Source of the DNA: Nitrospirota bacterium
GTDB lineage: Bacteria > Nitrospirota > Thermodesulfovibrionia > Thermodesulfovibrionales > JdFR-86
Direction: 5' to 3'
NCBI GenBank assembly: GCA_963721805.1
Contig: CAVRJY010000005.1
Coordinates: 1 to 64,000, forward strand
DNA: 64,000 bases
A model generated the notes under the pieces. The model made no database searches. It was given only the letters and a program-made list of their open reading frames with translations, and was not told the DNA's origin. Within the stretch, counting starts at the first letter, position 1, and each line of letters opens with the position of its first letter. Shown piece by piece: positions 19,566 to 29,896 of this stretch. The translations under genes and the position numbers were made by a program.

Positions 19566-21737
19566 CTACTTTATCCTGAGACCGGCCCTGACTTCGGCAA
19601 GCGTGGTGAGCACGACCGGCTTTCCGTCCTCGTCCGTAGCGGCAAGCACCATCCCATTAGACTCGTTGCCCATCAGCTTCACGGGCTTGAGGTTCGCGAC
19701 TATTATTACGGTCTTGCCTACAAGGTCCTCGGGCGCGTATGAGCCGCCTATGCCGGCCACTATCTGGCGCTGGTCCCCGCAGTCGACCTGAAGCCGTAAT
19801 AGCTTCTTCGACTTCTCTACGCGCTCGGCTTGGAGTATCTTCGCGGTGCGCAGCTCGACCTTCGCGAACTCGTCAATACCTATTAATTCCGATGCGACAG
19901 GTGTTGCTGCCGCATCGGACACAAGCGCGGCTGCAGGTGCTATTGCAGCAGTCTCTGGTGTTTTTTCCGGTTCTGTCACTTTCTTCTCCTTATTATTTTG
20001 CTCATTGAGTCGCTTATGCACATCTGATAAATTGTAGACAATTTCTAGGTTAACTTTTATGTTGTCTACCTTTGTAAATTGAAGATGTGTTGAATCCTTC
20101 GCCTTAACAAGAATATCTGTATTTTCATGATAATTTATATTTTGACACTTAGCTAATACCACATTAGCCGGTGCGGCTTCCTTAGGCTTCCCTATGCGCG
20201 GGAACAACTGCTCAAGCGGGCTGAGTTCCGTGCCAGGCTTGAGAGCTCCCCATACAAAGTCCTTATCAGGGAATATGTTATCCCACTGTCCAAATGCTGA
20301 TCGGAGCTTTCTCATCGTTGTAGGCATAAAAGGAATAAGATATAAACTAACTAATCTCAATGCTTCTGCAGAGTGATATAGCACAGTGCCAAGGCGACCA
20401 TTCTGTGCCGGATCTTTAGCGAGTTGCCAGGGTGCGTTCATATCAATATATCTATTCGTATATGTAACAAGCTTCCATATCTCTTCGAGTGCCCTATGAA
20501 ACTGCACCGCCTCAATTTGTGCAGCAACTTTAATGGGGAGTTCTAAATTAGTTTTTTCAGCAAATTCTCCTTCTTCACAACTTATATATTTTTCCAAATC
20601 ATTGTGATAAGTTCCCACTTCAGGCGCTGGCACCTTGCCCTCGCAGTAGTTCATGATAAGTTTATGCACGCGGCTCGCGAGGTTCCCGAGGTCGTTAGCC
20701 AGATCCACATTGATGCGCTTTATCAGCGCGTCCTCTGAGTAATCCCCGTCGAGCCCGAACGGCACCTCGCGCATCAGGAAGTACCTGAAGGCGTCCGCGC
20801 CATACTTCTCGGCCACGTCGCCGGGGCTCACGACGTTGCCCAGGCTCTTGGACATCTTGCGGCCATTGATAGTCCACCAGCCATGCGCGAAGATGTTCTC
20901 GGGCAGCTCCTCGCCCATCGCCAGTAGCATCGTGGCCCAATAGACGCTGTGCGTCGTGAGGATGTCCTTGCCAATGAGCTGGTGCGTCGCTGGCCATATA
21001 TTTTTGCCCGCCAGGTATTGGGGCGCTGAATAGTAATTAAGGAGCGCGTCGAACCAGACGTAGGTGACGAACTCGGGGTCGAACGGGAGCGGGATGCCCC
21101 ACGACATGCGCTTGACCGGCCTCGATATGCAGAGGTCCCCAAGAGGCTGGGAGCGCAGGAACCCGAGCACCTCATTGCGGCGGCTCTCTGGGAGGATGAA
21201 CCGGGGGTGCTCCTCGATATGCCGCGCGAGCCTCTCGGCGTACCGCGACATCAGGAAGAAGTAGTTCTCCTCCTCGATGCGCTCGACCTTGCGGCCGCAG
21301 TCCGGGCAGTTGCCGTCGATTAAATCCTTCTCGGTCCAGAACCGTTCGTCAGGGGTGCAGTACCATCCCGAGTATGAGCGCTTCTCGATCTCGCCGCGCT
21401 TCCAGAGGTCCGCGAGCACGTCCTGTACGATCTTGATATGCCCGCTATCCGTCGTGCGCATGAAGGCGTCGGGCGATACGTTTAGCTTACCCCAGAGCTC
21501 CCTGAAGTTTTGGGACATCTGATCGGCGAGTTCCTTGGGAGAGATATTGCGCTTCGCCGCGGCCTCGGCGATCTTCTGGCCGTGCTCGTCCGTGCCTGTG
21601 AGGAAGAACACGTCGCGGCCCCGCAGGCGGTTGTGCCTTGCGAGGACGTCGGCCGCGACCGTGGTATAGGCATGCCCTATATGGGGCTGGTCGTTGACGT
21701 AATATATCGGCGTCGTGACGTAGAAAGCCTTGGCCAC
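19566..21737 (-). CDS. metG: Methionine--tRNA ligase with C-terminal tRNA-binding domain
   Basis: HIGH, KMSKS, zinc knuckle, C-terminal OB domain (QIVAGI, ANLKP). Confidence 0.97.
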   Translation of the reverse strand: MAKAFYVTTPIYYVNDQPHIGHAYTTVAADVLARHNRLRGRDVFFLTGTDEHGQKIAEAAAKRNISPKELADQMSQNFRELWGKLNVSPDAFMRTTDSGHIKIVQDVLADLWKRGEIEKRSYSGWYCTPDERFWTEKDLIDGNCPDCGRKVERIEEENYFFLMSRYAERLARHIEEHPRFILPESRRNEVLGFLRSQPLGDLCISRPVKRMSWGIPLPFDPEFVTYVWFDALLNYYSAPQYLAGKNIWPATHQLIGKDILTTHSVYWATMLLAMGEELPENIFAHGWWTINGRKMSKSLGNVVSPGDVAEKYGADAFRYFLMREVPFGLDGDYSEDALIKRINVDLANDLGNLASRVHKLIMNYCEGKVPAPEVGTYHNDLEKYISCEEGEFAEKTNLELPIKVAAQIEAVQFHRALEEIWKLVTYTNRYIDMNAPWQLAKDPAQNGRLGTVLYHSAEALRLVSLYLIPFMPTTMRKLRSAFGQWDNIFPDKDFVWGALKPGTELSPLEQLFPRIGKPKEAAPANVVLAKCQNINYHENTDILVKAKDSTHLQFTKVDNIKVNLEIVYNLSDVHKRLNEQNNKEKKVTEPEKTPETAAIAPAAALVSDAAATPVASELIGIDEFAKVELRTAKILQAERVEKSKKLLRLQVDCGDQRQIVAGIGGSYAPEDLVGKTVIIVANLKPVKLMGNESNGMVLAATDEDGKPVVLTTLAEVRAGLRIK

Positions 21738-21740
21738 TGC

Positions 21741-23261
21741 CTAACCCTGCGCCGGTGGAGCGCCTGTGCCGCCTCCGGGGCCCTTTGGAGGCTTGTTGCG
21801 CCTGCGGCGCGGCCGGCGGGGCCTGCCTGCCGCCTCCGGGGCCGGGGCCGTCTGGCCCTCTCCTGAAGACCGCGTGGCCGTCTCGGGTGCAGAAGCCTGC
21901 CCTGCCTCGGCATGCCGCCAAGGCGACGGGGCGGACTGGCCCTCTCTTTGGGGCGACTGCCCCTCTCTTTGAATCGGCTGGGCCTCGGGCTGACCGGCTC
22001 CTGCCTCGGCATGCCGCCAAGGGGACGGGGCCGACTGGCCCCCTCTTTCAGGTCTGGGCGGCCGCTGGACCTCTCTTGCAGGCCTCGGCGGGGCCGACTG
22101 GGCCTCTCTTGCAGGCCTTGGCGGGGCCGACTGGCCCTCGGGTCTGGTAGCGCCCTCGGCGCCGGGCTTCCTGCGGCCGCGCCTTCTCTTGCGGCGCTTC
22201 TCGCCGGTCTCGCCCTCCGCAGCTGCGGGCTGGGCCTGAGGTGCAGTGAACTCCGGCTCGTACTCGAAGTCAGCGTGGTATGTAAGCGTCGGCTCTCCGG
22301 CCTCTATCGGCGGCGGAGGGGGCCTGTGCGTCGCGCGCGACGGCCTCTTTGCGGGTGCGGTGACGGCGTCCACCGCTGCCTCCAGCGCCTCGGGCGACGG
22401 CTGCTGGGCTGCCGCTGACTTCGGCCGCCTCTTGGCGCGCGCGGCGTCCTCGTCGTATTCGTAGTTCAGGCAGCAGAGCAGCCGTCCGCAGCCGCCCGAG
22501 AGCTTGGCCGTATTCAGGACGAGGTCCTGCTGCTTGGCCATCTTTATCGATATCGGCGCGAACGAGCGCAGGAACGTACGGCAGCAGTACTCTATGCCGC
22601 AGATGCCGATCCCGCCTGCCATCTTCGCGGCGTCCCGGACGCCTATCTGCCTAAGCTCGATGCGCGTGCGGAACTTCGATGCGAGGTCTTTTACGAGCTC
22701 GCGGAAGTCGATCCTCGTCTCGGAGATGAAGTAAAAAAGCAGCCTCTTTCTATCGAGCGTGACCTCGGCCAGAAGTAGCTTCATCGGCAGGCCGCGCGCG
22801 GCTATGCGTTCGTTGCAGTATGCGCGGGCCTCGAGGCAGAACGCCTTGTTCTCCTCGTCCTGCCTGATGTCCTCGGCCGTCGCGCGCCTGAGCACGTTTT
22901 TGACGCCGCGCTCGTGCAGGTCCGGCTCGAACTGGACCTTGGCCACCGAGCCTATCGAGATGCCGAGCTCGTTTTCGACGACGACCTGCTCGCCGATCTT
23001 GAGGCCCATGCCGCCATCGCGGTAAGCGAAGGCCTTGTTCGAGCTTGGAAAGCGCACGCCGACCATCGGCTCGGGCAGGGGGGGCAGCTCGCGCACCTCC
23101 ACGGCCTCAGCAGCGGGTGTCTCTATTGGCGCGGCCTCAGGCTCTGAAGCGGCCGCGGGTGTCTCTATGGGCGCGGCCTCAGGCTCGGCAGCGGCAGCGG
23201 GGCCATTAGCCTCGGGCGATTCCGCAGGCTCTATGTTAGGGTCCACGGGATTATTCTCCAT
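21741..23261 (-). CDS. PSP1-domain protein (RicT/YaaT family) with low-complexity termini
   Basis: RIDFRELVKDLA, GGIGICG..CC, SGGCGRLLCCL; conserved holB-PSP1-metG order. Confidence 0.9.
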   Translation of the reverse strand: MENNPVDPNIEPAESPEANGPAAAAEPEAAPIETPAAASEPEAAPIETPAAEAVEVRELPPLPEPMVGVRFPSSNKAFAYRDGGMGLKIGEQVVVENELGISIGSVAKVQFEPDLHERGVKNVLRRATAEDIRQDEENKAFCLEARAYCNERIAARGLPMKLLLAEVTLDRKRLLFYFISETRIDFRELVKDLASKFRTRIELRQIGVRDAAKMAGGIGICGIEYCCRTFLRSFAPISIKMAKQQDLVLNTAKLSGGCGRLLCCLNYEYDEDAARAKRRPKSAAAQQPSPEALEAAVDAVTAPAKRPSRATHRPPPPPIEAGEPTLTYHADFEYEPEFTAPQAQPAAAEGETGEKRRKRRRGRRKPGAEGATRPEGQSAPPRPAREAQSAPPRPAREVQRPPRPERGGQSAPSPWRHAEAGAGQPEAQPIQREGQSPQREGQSAPSPWRHAEAGQASAPETATRSSGEGQTAPAPEAAGRPRRPRRRRNKPPKGPGGGTGAPPAQG

Positions 23262-24243
23262 GGCCGATGATTCCGAGTGTTCCGATGACGGTTCCAGCAT
23301 AGTTCCAGACGATACTCCTGTTCAGATTGTAGACCAGGTCGCGGCGCAACTGCCGCAAGGTCTCGTAAACTCGTATTATACCTTTTACGCCGGCCTCAGG
23401 TCTGCCTGCCATCCTGTGCATGGCCTCCGGGATGTCCCGGTTGACCAGCAGGCCGCCATCCCCGGTGGCCCTCATCACCGCGAGGTCCCGAAGCAATACC
23501 GAGAGCTCGTCGATCCATTCCCCGGCCTCCGCGGTCGAGGCCCACGAGGGCTTCCCGCCCGCGGCGCGCATCGCCGAGAGCGAGTCCATGAGGCTATCGC
23601 GCCGCGCGATCAAGTCCTCGCGCACCCCGAGCCCCGGCCTGCCCATCGCAAGCGGTACGGCCTCGTCCCCGCCCATCACGGCCGCGGAGTCCGCGTCCGA
23701 AAGCGGGCGGAAGTTCAGGCGCAGGCAGCGCGAGCGTATCGTCGAGGGCAGAACGTCCGGCCTGGCCGATACGAGTATGATCGTCGTGTCCTCAGGCGGC
23801 TCTTCCAGCGTCTTTAAAAACGCGTTGGCCGCGTTTTGGTTCATAGTGTCCGCGTCGTCGATGATCACGACGCGGGTGCGGGCCTCGAGCGCCCGGAACT
23901 GTAGGACTTCCTCGACCGAGCGGTAGGGCTCGCCGGCCTCGTTCTTGGCGGAGTCGTCGCGCCTGATCTGGGCTATCCTTATTTCGCCCCTATCGGGCTC
24001 GACTGTCATGAAGTCCGGGTGAGTCCCGGCCTTGATCATGCGGCAGCTGTCGCACCGGCCGCAGGCGTCGCCGTCTACCGGCTCGTTGCAGTTAAGCGCC
24101 ATCGCAAACGCGGTCGCGGTGAGCCGCTTGCCGATGCCCTCCTCGCCCGCGAAGAGATAGGCCGAGGCCACGCGGCCTCGCCGCATCGCGCCACGGAGTA
24201 TCCTCAAAGCCCGGTCCTGCCCTATTATATCGCTAAGCGCCAT
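23251..24243 (-). CDS. holB: DNA polymerase III subunit delta'
   Basis: DIIGQ, GEEGIGK, CGRCDSC zinc site, NAFLKTLEEP, TIRSRC; start trimmed to ATG 24243. Confidence 0.93.
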   Translation of the reverse strand: MALSDIIGQDRALRILRGAMRRGRVASAYLFAGEEGIGKRLTATAFAMALNCNEPVDGDACGRCDSCRMIKAGTHPDFMTVEPDRGEIRIAQIRRDDSAKNEAGEPYRSVEEVLQFRALEARTRVVIIDDADTMNQNAANAFLKTLEEPPEDTTIILVSARPDVLPSTIRSRCLRLNFRPLSDADSAAVMGGDEAVPLAMGRPGLGVREDLIARRDSLMDSLSAMRAAGGKPSWASTAEAGEWIDELSVLLRDLAVMRATGDGGLLVNRDIPEAMHRMAGRPEAGVKGIIRVYETLRQLRRDLVYNLNRSIVWNYAGTVIGTLGIIGHGE

Positions 24244-24314
24244 AAGCTGTAAGTATACCCTATTGGGGCTATGAGGAGTGGTTGGAGCGTCTTGAAAGCG
24301 CTCGAAGCGTCTTG

Positions 24315-24485
24315 AAAGCGCTCCGAATCGCTTGATGCTGCGTTGGACTTCAAAAACTCGCCCTCTATGTACATCCAAGTACACCATCGGGCGGTTTTCT
24401 TGTCCTGCCTTGCCTGAAGACGATTTAGGCGCGCTTTCGGGGGGAGAGAATAACGGAGCCCCCCGCGCCCCACGAGGTCAACGGC
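24315..24485 (-). repeat. Dispersed structured repeat, copy D (head type I)
   Basis: Reverse-strand full copy. Confidence 0.9.
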
Positions 24486-24519
24486 ATTGATTGGATGGAA
24501 AAGTGGTATTATTCCTGAA

Positions 24520-25023
24520 ATGGACCTGCTTGAGGGAATATACACGCGCCGGAGCGTGAGGAAGTTCACGGCAGAGGACGTCTCGAAAGAGGCGGTCTCG
24601 GAGGTCGTCCGCGCCGGTACGTGGGCGCCGTCGGGCATGAACAACCAGCCCTGGCGGTTCGTCATAGTCCGCACGCCGGAGATGAGGCGCACACTTGCGG
24701 GATACACGAAATACGGCATGGTCATCGAAGGCGCGCCGGTCGCCATAGCGGTATTCATCGAGACCAGCGAGATGTACAACGCGACCAAGGACCATCAGGC
24801 CATCGGCGCGTGCCTTCAAAACATGCTGCTCGCCGCGCATGCGCAGGGCCTCGGCGCGGTATGGCTGGGCGAGATACTAAACCGCGCGGCCGAGGTAAGA
24901 GTGGCGCTCGGAGTTGGAGAATCTCTGGAACTCATGGCGGTGCTCGCGATAGGCCATCCCGAAGCAGGAAAGCATCACTCTAAACGCAGGCCGGTAGAAG
25001 AAGTACTGCTCAAAGAAATCTAG
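24520..25023 (+). CDS. Nitroreductase family protein
   Basis: RRSVRKF, APSGMNNQPWRF, AHAQGLGAVW. Confidence 0.92.
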   Translation: MDLLEGIYTRRSVRKFTAEDVSKEAVSEVVRAGTWAPSGMNNQPWRFVIVRTPEMRRTLAGYTKYGMVIEGAPVAIAVFIETSEMYNATKDHQAIGACLQNMLLAAHAQGLGAVWLGEILNRAAEVRVALGVGESLELMAVLAIGHPEAGKHHSKRRPVEEVLLKEI

Positions 25024-25038
25024 CCTGCCTTCCTTGCC

Positions 25039-25199
25039 AAAGTCGCGCTAAATACGCGTGATACGTTGTCACGGCTCGGAAATCCGTCCTCCAGAGTACA
25101 TCTCAGTACACTTGCGGACGTTTTCCTCGCCGTTCCTAGTCTGACGCGATTTATCGCGCTTTAAGTATCCGCTGCATAATCGTGCGAGCGGTCAACGGC
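25039..25199 (-). repeat. Dispersed structured repeat, copy E (head type II)
   Basis: GCCGTTGACCGCTCGCACGATTATGC head on the minus strand. Confidence 0.9.
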
Positions 25200-25211
25200 A
25201 TATCTAATTAA

Positions 25212-25389
25212 GCAGTTGACCTTGGGGGTGCGGGGGTCCAGCGGCTGGGCCGCGTATAACCCCCGAAAGCGCAGCCAAATCGTCTTCAGACTAGGCAGCG
25301 GCGAGAAGATCGCCCGATGGTGTACTTGGACGTACATAGAGGGCGAGTCTTTGAAGCCCAACGACGTATCAAGCGATTTGGGGCGCTTT
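25212..25389 (+). repeat. Dispersed structured repeat, copy F (head type I)
   Basis: GCAGTTGACC head; 12 bp from the head of copy E. Confidence 0.9.
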
Positions 25390-25399
25390 CCCTTCCCGC

Positions 25400-26309
25400 T
25401 TAGAGCTCTTCGAAGTGACTAAGCGCCTTAAACCCTCTATAGCGGTTCTCTATCTCGCGATAGTCGAGAGAGCGGAGCCTATCCAGGCTAAACGCCTCGA
25501 CATTAAACGAGGCCATGACAGAGCCCATCACTACCGCGCGCCGCATCGCGGCCTCGCCGAAGTCCATCGAGTTCGCGAGGTATCCGATGAACCCGCCCGC
25601 GAAGGTGTCGCCCGCGCCGGTCGGGTCGTAGACGTCCTCGAGCGGGTATGCCGGGGCCGCGAAGACCCCGTTGGCCGAGAACATCAGCACGCCGTACTCG
25701 CCGCGCTTTATCACGACCGTCTGTGGCCCGAGCGTCATGATCACACGCGCGGCCTTCACGAGGTTGCGTCTCGCCGGTGAGCTGCCGGGCCTCGGCGTCG
25801 TTGATCAGCAGTATGTTGACGAGCTTGAGTGTCTTAAGCAGCGAGTCGCGCTGGCCCGAGATCCAGAAGTTCATCGTATCCATGGCGATGACCTTGGGGG
25901 CCTTGACCTGCCCCACGACCTCGCGCTGGAGGTCGGGGTGTATATTGGCGAGGAAGACGACCTCGGCCTCGCGGTGCGCGGCGCTCAGTATGGGCTTGAA
26001 GGTCTCAAAGACGTTAAGCTGCGTATCGTGCGTGCGTGCCTCGTTTAGCTCGTATGTGTATGAGCCCTTCCAGCGGAAGGTCTTCCCGGCGACGCGTTCT
26101 AATCCCGAGAGGTCGACCCCGCGCGATTTGAGGAACTTGACGTGCTTGTCCGGGAAGTCCTCGCCGACTACGGCGACGAGGCTTACGTCCGTGAAGTAGC
26201 TGGCCGAGGTCGAAAAGTACGTGGCAGAGCCCCCGAGCGCGTCTTCGACCTCGCCAAAGGGCGTCTTTACGGAATCCAGCGCCATCGAGCCCACCACCAG
26301 TAGTCCCAT
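25400..26309 (-). pseudogene. PfkB family carbohydrate/nucleoside kinase with one frameshift (possibly an assembly error)
   Basis: LGGSATY N-terminal half and DPTGAGDTF C-terminal half in different frames; extra base near 25766. Confidence 0.8.
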
Positions 26310-26445
26310 CCTCACAGCCTCCCGCAAGCGTAATTTCTCGGCGTATTATACACGAGATGGAATCGGGGGAGGCAATTTTGGTGTTGACACACGCGCTGTT
26401 TGGCATTAATATCTGTGCATCCATCAACACACGGAGGAACCGATA

Positions 26446-27178
26446 TTGAAAAGGGCATTCATTACGGCCGCGCTAGCTGGGCATCCTGGCGTTCTCGGCA
26501 GTCGCGGCCTCGGCCGAGGGGCCGCTCAAGGACGACAAGGCCAAGGAAAGCTACACCATAGGCTACCAGTTCGGGACGAGCATTAAAGAGCAGAAGATGG
26601 ATATCGACCTCGACATTATGATCTCGGCGATCAAGGACGGCCTCAAAGGTACAAAGGCCCCGCTCACGGCCGAGGAGATGGGCGACGTGATCGAAAAGCT
26701 CAGGGCCAGGATGACCGCCAACGCCGCACAGCGCCAGAAGGAACTCGACGAGGCGAACCTCGCCGAGGGCAAGGCGTTTTTGGCCGCGAACGCCAAGAAA
26801 GAGGGCGTAAAGACCCTCCCCAGCGGGCTTCAGTACAGGGTGATCAAGGAGGGCGAAGGCCCCAAGCCGACCGCGACGGACTTGGTCACGGTCAATTACG
26901 CCGGCTCGTTCATCAACGGCACGGAGTTTGACAGCACGTACAAGCGCAACAAGCCGGCCACGGTGAAGCTCGGCAGCATCATCCCCGGCTGGCGCGAGGC
27001 GCTCCCGATGATGAAGACAGGCTCGGAGTGGGAGGTCTTCATGCCCGCGGACCTCGCCTACGGCAACAGGCAGGCCGGGCCGATCCCGCCGGGCAGCACG
27101 CTCGTATTCAAGATCGAACTGCTGTCGATAGGGATCGAGAACGCGCCCTCGAAAGAGGTCCCGCCGCCGGCCGAGTAA
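26446..27178 (+). pseudogene. FKBP-type peptidyl-prolyl isomerase (FkpA/Mip-like), frameshift in the signal peptide (possibly an assembly error)
   Basis: SYTIG, LPSGLQY, EFDS, IPGWREAL, IPPGSTLVF; GGAGG RBS and TTG at 26446 are one base out of frame near 26476. Confidence 0.8.
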
Positions 27179-27200
27179 TGCCATAAATCAAGCGCGGCCT

Positions 27201-27545
27201 CTAGTTGTAGTCGTGCGTGCCGAGGACGACCCTGATCCCGGTCTTCTCGGCGATGAGTTTCGCCAAGTCCTCGGGGCTCGTATAGGGGCAGCCGGGTTTG
27301 GACTTCGCGAGGCAGGTGCTGAGGTGTATCACGTCGGGCTTGATCTGCGCGAGCTTCATCGACATGCCGAGGTTCGGGATCACGGTCCGTCCGGGGCACT
27401 CGCAGGTGAAGAAGCCTACTACGGTGTAAGGCTCCTCGTAGCTCCCATCGCCGAGCGCCGCCGCCTTCAGGCACCTCCACTCGCCGGGGCAGCCGTATCC
27501 ACTGTCCATGTATGCTCCGCAGCCGATTACAACGACGTTCTTCAT
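27201..27545 (-). CDS. CGGC-domain-like cysteine-rich protein
   Basis: IGC..CPGEWRC..TCECPG..IHLSTC..CP..VLGTH pattern; GGAGG RBS. Confidence 0.8.
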   Translation of the reverse strand: MKNVVVIGCGAYMDSGYGCPGEWRCLKAAALGDGSYEEPYTVVGFFTCECPGRTVIPNLGMSMKLAQIKPDVIHLSTCLAKSKPGCPYTSPEDLAKLIAEKTGIRVVLGTHDYN

Positions 27546-27762
27546 CTCGATTCAAACCTCCTTATATGTATGTCCCCGAAAGCCGGGTTGCACGAATGCG
27601 ATATTTTATATGATCGGAGCGGGAGAGTCCAGGGCAAGCGGGATGGAATCAAGGAGGGGGCAAGGCACGCACTATCTCGGCATTCGTTTGCTTAAGACAA
27701 AGTTGAAAAGGAGGGGCGGGGCATCAAGGCCGACATGCGGCTGATGCCCCACACCGAGTGAA

Positions 27763-27957
27763 CTATTGCTTTCCTATACGGATCTTTGAAAGGTCGCCTA
27801 TGAGACCGAAGACGCTCAAGAGCCAGATGATAACCGCGATGACCACTACCGCATTCAATATGCTCTTGATGGTAGACTGCATCGGTATAAAGCGGTTAAC
27901 CATCCATAAAACAACTCCAACGACTGCCAAGACTACAACTACCTGGACCAATGGCAT
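27763..27957 (-). CDS. Small membrane protein (two TM helices)
   Basis: AAGGAG RBS; hydrophobic, IPM..IKSILNAVV pattern. Confidence 0.75.
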   Translation of the reverse strand: MPLVQVVVVLAVVGVVLWMVNRFIPMQSTIKSILNAVVVIAVIIWLLSVFGLIGDLSKIRIGKQ

Positions 27958-28121
27958 AGCTCTTCTCCTTTCTGATTACTGCATGCTGTCCAAAAAGTAT
28001 CACAAGATGTCCGGCTGCACAAGACGTCCCCGGCCCTGCATTGGAACTTCTTTGACTTACGACGGCGGACGGCATAAGATTAGGATAATGTTATGGCGGA
28101 CCCTTTTGCCGGGAGGCACAT

Positions 28122-29513
28122 ATGAGATACATTAGGCGATTGTTGATGATTGTTTTATCGCTTGCGCTGTTTGTGGGCTGCGGGCTTGGGCAGATAAAAC
28201 CGCCCGAGGCCCGTGTCACGCCCGCGCAGGAGCCTCCGGCCGCGGACTCCTATCTCTTGATGCCAGTAACCGTCTCGCTCGACAAGGTCGTCGCGGAGCT
28301 CGACGGCGCGATCCCCCAAAGCGATGACCGTGACCGCGGGAACAAGGACTGGAAGGTAATCGGCCGCGTGGGCGGGGAGATCGGACTGCGCTATTACTGG
28401 GAGCGGGGCCCCGTCTCGCTGAGCGTGAGCGGGCGGCGCTTGAGGGCCGAGACCGCGCTCAGATACCGCGCAAGGGTCGGGCTGCGTGCGGGCAAGGGCT
28501 GGAAGGAGACGTTTTGCTGCGGCTGCGGCGACCTGAGCACCGCGCGGATAGGGCTTTCGACCCCAATTTCCATAAACCCTGACTGGAGCATCCACACTAA
28601 GATCGCGGCCACGCTTGGTGACACGGGACACCGCTGCAAGGTGAAGGTGCTTAATTTCGACGCGACTGAACTCGTGACCTCCAAGCTCCAAGACCTGATG
28701 AACTCCAAGGCCTCTGTGGTGGATCGGCTCATACGGGAAAAGGTGGACATCAAGCCCAAGGTGCAGGAGGCATGGCGGATACTGCAGCAGCCGATCCCGG
28801 CCGGCGATAACGCAAACCTGCTCATAAATCCCACGGGCCTGATGGTCTCGCCGTTAAGCGGGGACGGGAATTCCGTGAGCTTCTCGGTTGGAGTGGTGGC
28901 GCAGCCAAGGCTGGTCGCCGGGGTGCTGCCACCCGTGAGCTCAATCCCTCTGCCGAACCCTGAACCCAACGGCTCCCGGCAACGAGTTTCATGTCGCGCT
29001 CGAGGGGGAGGTGACATATGATTATGCCACCCAAAAGCTCGCGGACGCGGTCGTCGGGCATGAGTTCCCGATAGGGGACAAAAAGATCACGATAGCGGGC
29101 GCGAGGGTGTACGGCTCGGGGCAGTCCGTGGTGGTCGAGGCCGCGATCAAGGGCTCGTACGAGGGCACGGTCTACCTGTATGGAAGGCCCGCTTACGACG
29201 CCGCCAGCGCGCACCGTCTATATTCAGGACCTCGACTATACGATAGAGACAGACGAGCTTCCTCGGGAGGGTCGCGGACTGGCTCAGGCACTCGACCCTC
29301 CGGCAGGACATCGCGGCAAAGGCCAGGTGGTACGTCGGCGACAAGCTCGACGATGCCGATGCAAAGATAAACCGCGCCATCAATCGCGAGATCAGCCCCG
29401 GCGTATCCTTAAGCGGCAGCGTCGAGTTGCAGCCCGACCGGGTGATCCTGACCGAGACATCCATTAAGGCCATCGTCGTCGCGAGCGGGACGGTGGCGCT
29501 TAGCGTAAGGTAG
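28122..29513 (+). pseudogene. DUF4403-like lipoprotein broken by three frameshifts
   Basis: Lipobox FVGC; continuous reading restored by removing single bases near 28960, 29207 and 29255; ends at TAG 29513. Confidence 0.6.
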
Positions 29514-29545
29514 GCAGAAGCGAAAATCATGTTTTGTTATAATAG

Positions 29546-29722
29546 ATGATGAACGAGATAATCTTCGTAGTCGAGCCGGACTTGGAAGGCGGGTATAACG
29601 CCCATGCGCTGGGGCACAGCATACACACGCATGCCGATGACATGGACGGCCTCAAGCAAAACATCCGAGACGCCATCACCTGCCACTTCGAGGACACGAG
29701 TTGGAATCCGGTGCTACGATAG
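29546..29722 (+). CDS. HicB-like antitoxin (58 aa, missing from the ORF track)
   Basis: MMNEIIFVVEPDLEGGYNAHALGHSIHTHADDMDGLKQNIRDAITCHF; TATAAT just upstream. Confidence 0.7.
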   Translation: MMNEIIFVVEPDLEGGYNAHALGHSIHTHADDMDGLKQNIRDAITCHFEDTSWNPVLR

Positions 29723-29896
29723 CGCTCTACCTCCGCATGCGTGGCATAGAGGCAAGAGACCACATCGACCCGCTAGGTTGTATTGCCATATAAAGATATT
29801 GACTATTAATAGCTATCAGCCTAATATAATGTCAAAGCAAGTCCTTTGGACTTCAACAGCATTCTTGATTTCTTACAACAAAGGGGCAAATATAAA

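Noticed and set aside
19980..20165. Intein in MetG
   Set aside because: The insert is short and lacks the N-terminal Cys/Ser and C-terminal His-Asn splice motifs.
21840..22140. Short repeats in the PSP1 gene tail (GQSAPSPWRHAEAG, QSAPPRPARE)
   Set aside because: In-frame low-complexity duplications in a disordered tail; no sign of a separate element.
24244..24387. N-terminal extension of HolB
   Set aside because: It reads through repeat D; homology starts at MALSDIIGQ.
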